DNA of 64,000 bases from Candidatus Omnitrophota bacterium (GTDB taxonomy: Bacteria > Omnitrophota > Gorgyraeia > Gorgyraeales > Gorgyraeaceae). Of the stretch, positions 21,524-30,286 are shown in pieces; position 1 is the first letter of the stretch, and every line of letters begins with the position of its first letter. A model generated the notes under the pieces. The model did not search any database, was not told the origin of the DNA, and saw only the letters and a list, made by a program, of their open reading frames with translations. A program made the position numbers and the translations under genes. The DNA lies in NCBI GenBank assembly GCA_030649895.1, contig JAUSEX010000045.1, positions 17,875 through 81,874 on the forward strand, read 5' to 3'.

Positions 21524-22653
21524 TTTGTACTATCAATTGCGCGCAAAATAAGCTGCGCGATATCAGTTGCTGAGCTTGGTTTTTTTATCAGATCCGCTTT
21601 CCTGCTCATCTCATCCAGTTTTACGCTGTTTGAAAAAAGCTCCTGCACAAGAACCGCCACGTCGTCTTTATCTTCCGCTCTAAGCGCAACCTCCTGCTGC
21701 AGAAGAAAATCCGTATTCTTTGTCTCCTGCCCGGGTATCGGATGTATTATAATCATCGGAAGGTTTTTTGCGAGCGCTTCAGAAGTTGTCAATCCGCCAG
21801 GTTTTGTAATTATAAGGTCCGAAGCCTCCATCAATTCATCCACATTTTCTACAAGCCCGAAGGTCAGCATTTTTTTCTTATATCTTTTCACCTTTTTTAT
21901 TAACGCCTTTTCCAGCCGTTTATTTATCCCGCATATTACCAGGATTTGAAAATCGGCATTTATCCGCTCCAGAGCATCCACCATTTTTTCAACAGGCCCA
22001 AGACCCTGGCTCCCGCCCATTATAAGCACGGTCTTTTTACCTGCATCAAGGCCGATCTTCTTACGCGCCTCTTCTTTACCGCAGTTAACATGAAACTTCA
22101 GGTCGATCGGGATACCGAACGTCTTTATCCTCGCTTCGCTCACCCCATTTTTTATAAAATGATCTTTGCTTGCTTCAGACGGGACTATGTAATAATCAAC
22201 ATGATCGAATATCCAGTAAGAATGCGGGGCGTGGTCTGTCAAGACTCCAAAAAGCGGCAGGTTTAATCCCAGATATTTTTTATAATCCGCCACCATGCCG
22301 CAGGGGAAAGCCTGCGTGCACACAACCGCGTCAGGCTTGAATTCGTCTTCTATTAAGATCTTTAATTTTTTAGAGTTAGACCTGTGAATCGCAGCCCTCA
22401 TCCCCTGCACGCTTTTAAGCACCTTTGGATTATCGTAAAGATATTCCCATACCTCAGGCTTATTCCTGATGACGCTCATGTATGTCCTATTGATAAGTTT
22501 TTCAAAGAAAGGATTAGTGTAGGCAAAGCCATTGATGTTCATGGTGACTATGCCCGGGGAAAGCGTCTTCAAGGCGCTTTCAACCGCAAGGCTGGCTCTA
22601 TAGTGCCCTGAATTCGAGGTTATATACATTAAAAGAACTTTTTTATTACTCAT
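21520..22653 (-). CDS. MGDG synthase/UgtP-like GT28 glycosyltransferase
   Basis: SGH, TD...H..W, MGGSQG, ITKPGGLTTSEA, PIPGQETKN. Confidence 0.9.
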   Translation of the reverse strand: MSNKKVLLMYITSNSGHYRASLAVESALKTLSPGIVTMNINGFAYTNPFFEKLINRTYMSVIRNKPEVWEYLYDNPKVLKSVQGMRAAIHRSNSKKLKILIEDEFKPDAVVCTQAFPCGMVADYKKYLGLNLPLFGVLTDHAPHSYWIFDHVDYYIVPSEASKDHFIKNGVSEARIKTFGIPIDLKFHVNCGKEEARKKIGLDAGKKTVLIMGGSQGLGPVEKMVDALERINADFQILVICGINKRLEKALIKKVKRYKKKMLTFGLVENVDELMEASDLIITKPGGLTTSEALAKNLPMIIIHPIPGQETKNTDFLLQQEVALRAEDKDDVAVLVQELFSNSVKLDEMSRKADLIKKPSSATDIAQLILRAIDSTK

Positions 22654-22684
22654 AAATAAAACCGCATAGGTGGCCGTAGGCCTC

Positions 22685-23851
22685 CTACGCGGTTGGGGTG
22701 GCTCTTAAAAAATGTTCTATGCGCTCGGTTGCCTCTTTAAGATTATCCATGCTGGAAGCGTAAGCGATCCTGATATAGCCTGCTCCTTGCTCGCCAAACG
22801 CAGTGCCCGGAACTACCGCAACCTTTTCTTTATACAACAAATCTTTTGCGAATTCCACAGAGCTCATGCCTGTATTTTTGATAGACGCGAAGATATAGAA
22901 AGTACCTTCCGGCATGCGGCAGCTAAGCCCCATTTCGTTGAGTTTCGATACAATAAATTCCCTGCGCCTTTTATATTCCCTTTTCATCTCAAGCACAGGG
23001 CCGCTGGAGCCTCTAAGCGCTTCTATTGCGCCCAGCTGGCCCATAATAGGCGCGCACAGCATCGTATACTGATGGATCTTTGTCATCGCGCTTATTATTT
23101 CTTCGGGCCCGCATGCATAACCTACGCGCCAGCCTGTCATCGCATACGCCTTTGAGAAACCATTCAGATATATTGTCCTCTGTTTCATGCCCGGTAGAGT
23201 AGGCAGAGCGGTATGCGCAAAATCATAGGTAAGCTCGTCATAAATCTCGTCGCTTATCACAATGAGGTCATTATCCACAAAAATTTTAGAAAGGGCTAGA
23301 AGCTCTTTTCTTGTATAAGATACGCCCGTGGGATTCGCAGGATAATTTATGACAATCGCCTTTGCGCCCTTTGAAACATATTTTTTCAGGAGCCCCGGGG
23401 TTAATTTAAAACCATCCGCTTCGTTTGTTTTTACCAATATAACCTTGCCGCCCGCAAGCTCGCTTACAGGATCGTAAGATACATACGAAGGGTCGGGAAT
23501 CAGGATCTTATCCCCTTTATTCAATATAGCTCTCAAGGCAAGGTCAACTGCCTCGCTGACGCCCGTAGTAACCAGAATATTGCTGTCAGGATCATAAGAA
23601 AGCGAAAATTTATTCTTGAGATGCCTGGTTATGGCAAATCTCAGATCGTATAGGCCCTTATTTGACGTATAAGACGTGTAACCTTTCTCCAGGGAAAATA
23701 TCGCAGATTCGCATATATTCCACGGAGTAGCAAAATCCGGCTCTCCTACGCCAAGGGAAATAACATCCTTCATGCCTATCACGAGATCAAAAAATTCTCT
23801 TATACCTGACGGCTTTATTTTCTCGACTACGTTAGAAATCATTTTTTTCAT
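22685..23851 (-). CDS. Class I/II PLP aminotransferase (YugH-like)
   Basis: PSGIREFFDL, SLGVGEPDF, NYPANPTG, SDEIY, GFSKAYAMTGWRVG. Confidence 0.93.
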   Translation of the reverse strand: MKKMISNVVEKIKPSGIREFFDLVIGMKDVISLGVGEPDFATPWNICESAIFSLEKGYTSYTSNKGLYDLRFAITRHLKNKFSLSYDPDSNILVTTGVSEAVDLALRAILNKGDKILIPDPSYVSYDPVSELAGGKVILVKTNEADGFKLTPGLLKKYVSKGAKAIVINYPANPTGVSYTRKELLALSKIFVDNDLIVISDEIYDELTYDFAHTALPTLPGMKQRTIYLNGFSKAYAMTGWRVGYACGPEEIISAMTKIHQYTMLCAPIMGQLGAIEALRGSSGPVLEMKREYKRRREFIVSKLNEMGLSCRMPEGTFYIFASIKNTGMSSVEFAKDLLYKEKVAVVPGTAFGEQGAGYIRIAYASSMDNLKEATERIEHFLRATPTA

Positions 23852-23857
23852 ATTTTT

Positions 23858-23928
23858 GAGATTGTTTTGTAGCTTCGCTCCCCGCAATAACATTTTTACG
23901 CGTCATTGCGATCAAAACGAAGCAATCT
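23858..23928. repeat. CGTC-tagged REP-like pair (GAGATTG...CGCAATAAC / CGTCATTGCGA...GAAGCAATCT)
   Basis: Degenerate match to the widespread CGTCATTGCGAG...GAAGCAATC palindrome, both halves present. Confidence 0.7.
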
Positions 23929-23938
23929 ATTTTTTACC

Positions 23939-24424
23939 TTAGAATGATATTGCTATTCTATTATTCCGCTCAATGCGTTTTAAAATATCCCCGTCCGCCT
24001 TGTATCTTTTAAGAATAAAATGCGTAACAGTGCTATTGACATTATCTATTGTAGCCAGCCTCTCTGAAACAAAACTGCTGACTTCCTGTATATCCTTGCC
24101 TTCAACCACCAATAAAAGATCGTAAGACCCGGACAATAGATAACAGCTTTTAACCTCGGGAAACCTGTATATCCTTTCAGCTATATGGTCAAAACCATGG
24201 CCTCTTTGAGGCGCAATCCTTACCTCTATCAGAGCCCTGACCTTTTGCACGTCGTCCTTTAATATATCCCTATTGACCACTGTTTTGTATTTAACTATAA
24301 CGCCCTCTTTTTCGTATTTTTTAATAGCGCTTTTTACCACAGCTACGCTTTTTTTAAGCATCTTTGCTATTTCCTCGGGCGTTGTCCTTGCGTCTTTTTC
24401 CAAAATCTCCAGTATTTCTTTCAT
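23939..24424 (-). CDS. Lrp/AsnC-family regulator (YugG-like)
   Basis: N-terminal HTH (ILEKDAR...IAKML), GFDHIAERIYRFPEVKSCYLLSGSYDL; paired with a YugH-like aminotransferase. Confidence 0.9.
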   Translation of the reverse strand: MKEILEILEKDARTTPEEIAKMLKKSVAVVKSAIKKYEKEGVIVKYKTVVNRDILKDDVQKVRALIEVRIAPQRGHGFDHIAERIYRFPEVKSCYLLSGSYDLLLVVEGKDIQEVSSFVSERLATIDNVNSTVTHFILKRYKADGDILKRIERNNRIAISF

Positions 24425-24438
24425 ATCTCCTCCGGGTT

Positions 24439-24518
24439 CTTCTCGACTCCGCTCACTACGTTCACTACGCTCGAAGAATATCCTTCGACAAGCTCAGGAC
24501 ATGTTGTTCGAGCGAGGC
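24439..24518. repeat. Family A element with nested CCTTCGACAAGCTCAGG unit
   Basis: CTTCTCGAC...GCTCGAAGAATA-TCCTTCGACAAGCTCAGGACAT-GTTGTTCGAGCG. Confidence 0.88.
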
Positions 24519-24532
24519 CAACATCGCCATAT

Positions 24533-24763
24533 TTATTCTATGATTGCCAGCGCTTGTCCGACCTTAACAGTATCTCCTTCCTGCGCTACTTTCTTTTTCA
24601 AAATACCTGAAAAGTTACATGGCACATTAAACGCTGCCTTGTCAGTAGCCATTTCCACTATTTCATCGCCTTCTTTAATACTGTCTCCCTCTTTAAAATG
24701 CCAGAAAGAAACCACTGCCTCGTTAACCCCTTCCGCCAACTCTGGTAATTTTAATTCTGCCAT
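24533..24763 (-). CDS. Stand-alone lipoyl-carrier domain protein
   Basis: LKLPELAEGV, EMATDKA lipoyl-lysine motif, EGDTVKVGQ; about 76 aa. Confidence 0.88.
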   Translation of the reverse strand: MAELKLPELAEGVNEAVVSFWHFKEGDSIKEGDEIVEMATDKAAFNVPCNFSGILKKKVAQEGDTVKVGQALAIIE

Positions 24764-24799
24764 TCCGCCTCCCAACCTTATTACGTTTCGTAAGCGTCT

Positions 24800-25669
24800 C
24801 TATTCTGTATACGAACTTCTGACAAGCGGGCCGCAATAATATTTTTTAAAGCCCTCTTCTTTCGCCCATTCTGAAAATTTATCAAATTCTCCGGGCTCTA
24901 AAAACTCCTCTACATCCAGGCAATCTACCCCGGGCTTTAAATACTGGCCTATTGTAATTATATCGCAACCTGCTTCTCTCAGGTCCCTCATCGTTTCGCG
25001 AATCTCTTCCCTGAATTCTCCAAGGCCTGCCATAATACCGCTTTTTGTAACTACTTCGCTATCCAGTTCCTTAACATATCTCAGCACATCTAAAGAACGG
25101 CCATAATCTGCGCCTGATCTCACTTTATTATAAAGCCTCGGTACGGTTTCTAAATTATGAGAAAAAATATCTGGTTTAGCCGCTACTACTTTCTCAATCG
25201 ACCTTTTGTTTCCAATAAAATCCGGGACAAGCGCTTCTATCTTTAAATCCCTGCCTGCGCTTCTTAAAATATCTATACAATCTGCAAAATAGCCTGCGCC
25301 TCCATCGCTCAGGTCATCCCTTGTAACAGAAGTAATCACTATATTTTTGATATCCAGCTTTTTAACCGCTTCTTTTATTTTCAAAAGCTCTCTTTTATCA
25401 GGATATTTTAATTCAGCGCCGCTTTTTTCTACGGCGCAAAACCTGCAAGACCTGGTGCATATTTTACCGAGTATTAAAAATGTACACCTTTTGACAGAAA
25501 AACAATCGTATATATTAGGGCAGCGGCCGCTCTGACATACCGTATTAAGCCCGAGACTGGAAATAAGTTCTTTTGTCCTTGTGAAATCTTCATTGCCTCT
25601 TACAGGCCGCCTCAGCCAGTACGGGAATCTCTTTGAACGAGTCTCTGAGTTTAAGCTTTGCGTCTTCAA
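24800..25669 (-). CDS. lipA: Lipoyl synthase
   Basis: CQSGRCPNIYDC, CTRSCRFC, HNLETV, RSSY; start codon uncertain. Confidence 0.95.
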   Translation of the reverse strand: MKTQSLNSETRSKRFPYWLRRPVRGNEDFTRTKELISSLGLNTVCQSGRCPNIYDCFSVKRCTFLILGKICTRSCRFCAVEKSGAELKYPDKRELLKIKEAVKKLDIKNIVITSVTRDDLSDGGAGYFADCIDILRSAGRDLKIEALVPDFIGNKRSIEKVVAAKPDIFSHNLETVPRLYNKVRSGADYGRSLDVLRYVKELDSEVVTKSGIMAGLGEFREEIRETMRDLREAGCDIITIGQYLKPGVDCLDVEEFLEPGEFDKFSEWAKEEGFKKYYCGPLVRSSYTE

Positions 25670-26231
25670 TATCCACTCTTTCTTTCAATAAAACTTTCAG
25701 CGAAGTAATTTTTACTCCGTCAATGCCGCAGGGCTTTATGAACGAAAAAGGCTTTAGGTCTAGATTAATATTGATTGCCATCCCATGATAAGTAACCCAC
25801 TTTTTAATGCCTATCCCTATCGAACCGATTTTCTCATCTTTAACCCAGACGCCTCTTAATCCAGGTCTCGCCTCGGCCTCTATCCCATATTTACTTAAAA
25901 AATTTATCCCTACCTCTTCTAAAAATCTCAAAAAACCATGCATATCCCTGGCTTCGTTTTCTAATTTAAAAATCGGGTAGGCTATCAATTGTCCCGGCCC
26001 GTGATAAGTTACATCCCCGCCCCTGTCAATATTCAGAACCTCGATACCTCCGGCTTTGAACACATTTTTATCCGAGCCTTTTCTCCCTATTGTTATAACG
26101 CTTTTATGTTCCGTGATTATCAGCGTATTGCCGCTTGTCCTGTCAGCTACTTGTTCCAAAATATCTCGCTGAAATCTGTAAGCCTCTTTATAATCGCTTA
26201 CTCCTAAATCTATATATCTCATATGAGCCAA
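25590..26231 (-). CDS. lipB: Octanoyltransferase
   Basis: EH..V.T.GR, DRGGDVTYHGPGQ, KIGSIG, HGMAIN, PCG. Confidence 0.95.
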   Translation of the reverse strand: MAHMRYIDLGVSDYKEAYRFQRDILEQVADRTSGNTLIITEHKSVITIGRKGSDKNVFKAGGIEVLNIDRGGDVTYHGPGQLIAYPIFKLENEARDMHGFLRFLEEVGINFLSKYGIEAEARPGLRGVWVKDEKIGSIGIGIKKWVTYHGMAININLDLKPFSFIKPCGIDGVKITSLKVLLKERVDIEDAKLKLRDSFKEIPVLAEAACKRQ

Positions 26232-26237
26232 ATCAGG

Positions 26238-27494
26238 TCAGGGGCGAATCTGGCCTGAGCCGAGGATAATATATTTATAAATGCAAAGTTCTTCTAGCGC
26301 CATTGGACCGCGGGCGTGAATCTTATCTGTGCTGATACCGATTTCAGCTCCCATTCCAAACTGATACCCATCTGTAAATCTTGTGGACGCATTATGATAG
26401 ACGCACGCGGAATCCACCTCTTTTAAAAATCCCTGGGCAGCTGATTTATTATCAGTAACAATCGCATCCGAATGCCTGGAGCCATATTTATTTATATGCC
26501 CGACTGCCTCGTCCACGCTCTTTACGACTTTGATTGCCAGGATTAAATCCAGGTATTCTTCGTACCAGTCTTTGTCCGCGGCATTTTTTATACCTTTTAG
26601 AATTTTTAATGTCTGGGAACATCCCCTTAATTCCACGCCTTTATCGTCTAAGACCCTGGCTGCTTGAGGTAAAAATTCACGCGCTATATCCTTATGAACC
26701 AGCATCTTTTCAATGGCGTTGCAAACCCCTGGCCGCTGGACCTTTGCGTTGAGCATAATATCCAGGGCCATCCCAATATCAGCATCCTTATCAACATACA
26801 GATGACATACGCCTTTATAATGCTTTATTACGGGAATTAGCGAGTTTTCCGCAACATATCTTATAAGGCCTTCTCCGCCTCTTGGAATAACCACGTCTAT
26901 AAAACTATCCTGTTTCAACAAAAATTCCACCGCAGACCTGTCAGTCACATCGATCATGACAACAGCAGCTTCAGGTATGTCGAATTCTGCAAGGCATTCC
27001 GTGATTACTTTATGGATTGCGACATTGGAATTTATGGCCTCGCTGCCGCCTCTTAAGACGCACGCATTCCCTGACTTAAGCGAAAGGCCTGCCGAATCGC
27101 TTGTAACATTCGGCCTCGACTCATATATTATCCCTATAACGCCTATAGGGACAGAGACTTTTTTTATGATAAGCCCGTTCGGCCTTTTCCATTGCTTAAG
27201 AATTTTGCCAACCGGATCTTCTAAAGCCGCAACCTGCTTTAAGGAATCCGCCATTTCCTTTATGCGTTCTTCCGTAAGGATTAATCTGTCAATCAGCGTT
27301 TTTGAAAGGCCGGTTTTATTTGCCAGAGCCACGTCTTTTGCGTTTTCCGACAAAAGATATTTTGTATTTTTCAGGAGCGCTGAAGCCATGGCCAAAAGCG
27401 CCCTGTCTTTATCCCTGGCGGAAATATTGCTAAGTTTAAACGACGCTTCTTTTGCGGCTTTTAATTTTTTTATAATTTTGTCTTTCAGCGTCAT
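26238..27494 (-). CDS. proA: Gamma-glutamyl phosphate reductase
   Basis: IYESRPNVT, LRGGSEA, CNAIE, NASTRFTDG, EIGIST.K.HARGPM. Confidence 0.98.
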   Translation of the reverse strand: MTLKDKIIKKLKAAKEASFKLSNISARDKDRALLAMASALLKNTKYLLSENAKDVALANKTGLSKTLIDRLILTEERIKEMADSLKQVAALEDPVGKILKQWKRPNGLIIKKVSVPIGVIGIIYESRPNVTSDSAGLSLKSGNACVLRGGSEAINSNVAIHKVITECLAEFDIPEAAVVMIDVTDRSAVEFLLKQDSFIDVVIPRGGEGLIRYVAENSLIPVIKHYKGVCHLYVDKDADIGMALDIMLNAKVQRPGVCNAIEKMLVHKDIAREFLPQAARVLDDKGVELRGCSQTLKILKGIKNAADKDWYEEYLDLILAIKVVKSVDEAVGHINKYGSRHSDAIVTDNKSAAQGFLKEVDSACVYHNASTRFTDGYQFGMGAEIGISTDKIHARGPMALEELCIYKYIILGSGQIRP

Positions 27495-27504
27495 ATGCGC
27501 CTCG

Positions 27505-27578
27505 CTTCTCGACTAGGCCTTCGGGCCTCGCTCGAAGAATATTCGATATTGTTCGAGCGAACAAAGTGAGTTGAGAAC
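27505..27578. repeat. Family A L+R element filling the proB-proA gap
   Basis: CTTCTCGAC..GCTCGAAGAATA / TATTGTTCGAGCG..GTTGAGAAC; last base is the G of the proB TAG. Confidence 0.9.
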
Positions 27579-28411
27579 TATAAAGCTACCCGATTTATCG
27601 CTTCTTCGTAAAAATCCTTGCCTGTTATTTTATTCTCATGGGCCTGGAAAAGCGTCCCAATCTTATCCCCTCTTAAGATCTTTAAAAGTATATCTTTTTC
27701 CCTGCCATTGGCTATAACGCAATCTATGCCTGATTTAACAGCTATCTTCGCAGCGTCTATTTTTGTCTTCATCCCTCCCCTGGAACATTCTTTATCAGTG
27801 CCGCACGCAAGATTTTCAATGCTTGAACTTATTTCCTTCACTACGCTAGCTACGGTTTTCTTATGGTCTATGTATAAACCGCCCACATCTGTGAGCATAA
27901 TCAATAAATCAGCTGACACGAGGCTCGCCACAAGAGCCGAGAGCTTATCATTGTCGCCAAACTTTATTTCATCCACAGATACGGTATCATTTTCGTTTAT
28001 AACAGGCACAATTTTTTTCTTCAAAAGCGTGTGCAGGGTATTTTCCGCGTTAAGATACCTGCGTTTTTCCCTTATGTCTTCCCACGTTAAAAGTATCTGC
28101 GCGGTATGAAAACCTTTTTTCTTGAAAAATTCTTCATACGTTTTCATTAAATATCCCTGGCCCAGCGCTGCGCACGCCTGCTGCTCAGGTAAGCTATTCG
28201 GCCTCTTCTTCATGCCCAATAATCCCATGCCCGCAGCAATAGCGCCAGAAGAAACTATGACCACCTGATTGCCCTGCTTGACTAAAACCACTACCTGTTC
28301 AGCGAAATTCTTTATCCATCTCTCGTCAAGCTTAAGCCCTTTTGCCGTCAGGACGCTTGCGCCAACTTTTACAACTATCCGTTTTGCTTTTTTTATTTTT
28401 TTTCTTTCCAT
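27578..28411 (-). CDS. proB: Glutamate 5-kinase (no PUA domain)
   Basis: IVVKVG, VSSGAIAAG, NENDTV, FGDNDKLSA, GGMKTK; the N-terminal extension in the ORF track is repeat-derived. Confidence 0.96.
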   Translation of the reverse strand: MERKKIKKAKRIVVKVGASVLTAKGLKLDERWIKNFAEQVVVLVKQGNQVVIVSSGAIAAGMGLLGMKKRPNSLPEQQACAALGQGYLMKTYEEFFKKKGFHTAQILLTWEDIREKRRYLNAENTLHTLLKKKIVPVINENDTVSVDEIKFGDNDKLSALVASLVSADLLIMLTDVGGLYIDHKKTVASVVKEISSSIENLACGTDKECSRGGMKTKIDAAKIAVKSGIDCVIANGREKDILLKILRGDKIGTLFQAHENKITGKDFYEEAINRVAL

Positions 28412-28425
28412 AGGATTATCTGACA

Positions 28426-28540
28426 CTTCTCGACTCGGCGCTTCAGGCCTCGCTCGAAGAATATCCTTCGGCAAGCTCAGGACATGTTGTTCGAGAAAAT
28501 CTTTCTGCTTCGCTCAGGGTAAACTTTATAAGTCAAGAAC
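28426..28540. repeat. Family A element with nested CCT/AGG units
   Basis: Same GAAGAATATCCTTCG(A/G)CAAGCTCAGGACATGTTGTTCGAG junction as 24439; ends in the obgE TAG. Confidence 0.88.
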
Positions 28541-29493
28541 TACAGTTTCTTATACACAGCTTCCAATAATTCTTTTATCCCTTCTCCCGTAACGCAGGAT
28601 ACAGGATAAACGGTTTTTTTTATTTTTTTCCTGAATGCCTTTAGATTTTCCTTTGCTTCGGGAATGTCCATTTTATTTACCGCGATCACCTGGGGCCTTT
28701 TCCCAAGCTCCGGATTGTACAGCTTCAATTCATTATTTATAGAATTAAAGTCATCTACGGGGTTCCTGCAATCCGACCCGGCCATGTCTATCATATGAAT
28801 CAGGGCCCTTGTGCGCTCTACGTGCCGCAAAAAATCATCTCCCAGGCCTTTTCCGGCGTGCGCGCCTTCTATCAATCCCGGGATATCGCAAATAACAAAG
28901 CTTCTTTCGTCGCTTAACTTCACTACGCCCAGAATAGGCGTTTTCGTAGTAAACGGATAATTGGCTATTTTTGACTTTGCCTTTGATACGACCGAAATCA
29001 AGCTTGACTTCCCCGCATTAGGATAGCCGATTATACCTACGTCAGCTATTAATTTCAGCTCCAGCGTTATTTCTTTTTCCTCGCCCGGATCTCCAGCCGT
29101 AGCTAGCCTGAACTTGGAATTGCCGTGGCCTCCTGCGCCGCCTTTTATAAGGACTACGGACTGGCCGTCATCTTTTAAATCGCAATAAGTAATATCTTCG
29201 TACCTGTCCCTGACAATTGTGCCGAGCGGAAGCCTTATGACGCAGCCATCTGCATTCGCGCCTTTTTTATTGTTGCCGGAGCCGTTCAAGCCTTTGTCAG
29301 CCCTGAAATGTTTGCGAAAATGAAAATCAATAAGGGTCTGGACATTTTTATCAGCTATCAGCGTTATATCCCCGCCCTTGCCGCCATCTCCTCCATCCTG
29401 CCTCTTTTTAAGGCCCTTTATCTTGCAAAAACTATTAGAGCCGTCTCCTCCGTCCCCTGCCTGCACAAAAATATCCGCTCTATCTATAAACAT
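28540..29493 (-). CDS. obgE: GTPase ObgE
   Basis: Gly-rich Obg fold, GYPNAGKS, YPFTT, DIPG, NKMD. Confidence 0.97.
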   Translation of the reverse strand: MFIDRADIFVQAGDGGDGSNSFCKIKGLKKRQDGGDGGKGGDITLIADKNVQTLIDFHFRKHFRADKGLNGSGNNKKGANADGCVIRLPLGTIVRDRYEDITYCDLKDDGQSVVLIKGGAGGHGNSKFRLATAGDPGEEKEITLELKLIADVGIIGYPNAGKSSLISVVSKAKSKIANYPFTTKTPILGVVKLSDERSFVICDIPGLIEGAHAGKGLGDDFLRHVERTRALIHMIDMAGSDCRNPVDDFNSINNELKLYNPELGKRPQVIAVNKMDIPEAKENLKAFRKKIKKTVYPVSCVTGEGIKELLEAVYKKL

Positions 29494-29501
29494 GTTCCAT
29501 C

Positions 29502-29571
29502 CTTCTCGACTTCGCTCGAAGAATATTATTCAAGCGAGTCCCAACAAAACAAGCCGGGACAAGTTAAGAAC
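29502..29571. repeat. Family A element between rpmA and obgE
   Basis: CTTCTCGACTTCGCTCGAAGAATATTATTCAAGCG...GTTAAGAAC, abutting the rpmA stop. Confidence 0.85.
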
Positions 29572-29805
29572 CTATATTACGTTAACCTTACGATATCCGA
29601 ATTTAACGGTTCCGGCTTTAAGGGCAAACAAAGTGTTATCCTTGCCAATACCTACCCCAAGGCCAGGGAAAAATTTTGTCCCTTTCTGCCTTATGATAAT
29701 GCTCCCCGCGGTCACAACCTGGCCTGCAAAACGCTTTACGCCAAGCCTTTGCCCGTTTGAATCTTTTCCGTTTTTACAACTTCCTTGAGCTTTAGTATGC
29801 GCCAT
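29572..29805 (-). CDS. rpmA: 50S ribosomal protein L27
   Basis: [23 protein letters not shown]...IIRQKGT. Confidence 0.98.
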   Translation of the reverse strand: MAHTKAQGSCKNGKDSNGQRLGVKRFAGQVVTAGSIIIRQKGTKFFPGLGVGIGKDNTLFALKAGTVKFGYRKVNVI

Positions 29806-29885
29806 TTTATCCTCTCAAATTTTGCAAAACAAAATTTTACCCCGAGCCGCTTTTATACTCCTGTATATGCGGAGAGGGACCTTTT

Positions 29886-30200
29886 TTATACTACTATCTC
29901 TTTCACTTTCAATATGACATATCCCTGCCTGTGGCCGATTTTTTTCTTAGAGCTCGCATGTCTGCGCCTGTACCTGAAAGAGATCACCTTTTTGTCGCGT
30001 TTCTCTCCCAGGACATCGCAAACCACATGGGCGCCTTTCACATAAGGGTTCCCGACAGTCGCATCTTTCTTGTCTGAGATAAAAAGAACCTTGTCCAATT
30101 TCACCTCTTTTGCCTTCCCTAGCTCCAGCCTCTCGACCTCAATTGTATCGTTTTTCGCTACCTTGTACTGCTTTGAACCTGTTTCAACTATTGCGTACAT
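29886..30200 (-). CDS. rplU: 50S ribosomal protein L21
   Basis: MYAIVETGSKQYKV...GHRQ. Confidence 0.98.
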   Translation of the reverse strand: MYAIVETGSKQYKVAKNDTIEVERLELGKAKEVKLDKVLFISDKKDATVGNPYVKGAHVVCDVLGEKRDKKVISFRYRRRHASSKKKIGHRQGYVILKVKEIVV

Positions 30201-30286
30201 TTTACCCCCTCGTAAGGTAGATGACAGCCACTGACCATCCTCTACGTTTACATTATTTAAAAATATTGATTATACAACAAAACTAC

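Noticed and set aside
25590-25669. Frameshifted lipB-lipA fusion
   Set aside because: The 80-bp overlap with a TTG start is adequately explained by ordinary overlapping genes; both proteins are complete.
28412-28474. N-terminal extensions in the ORF track (proB; also 32059-32205, 55931-56014, 57189-57248, 23852-23893)
   Set aside because: They run through repeats; homology-consistent starts lie downstream, several with clear RBSs.
30201-30250. Ribosomal protein L21 leader RNA
   Set aside because: A hairpin is plausible upstream of rplU, but I cannot match it to a family without a covariance search.
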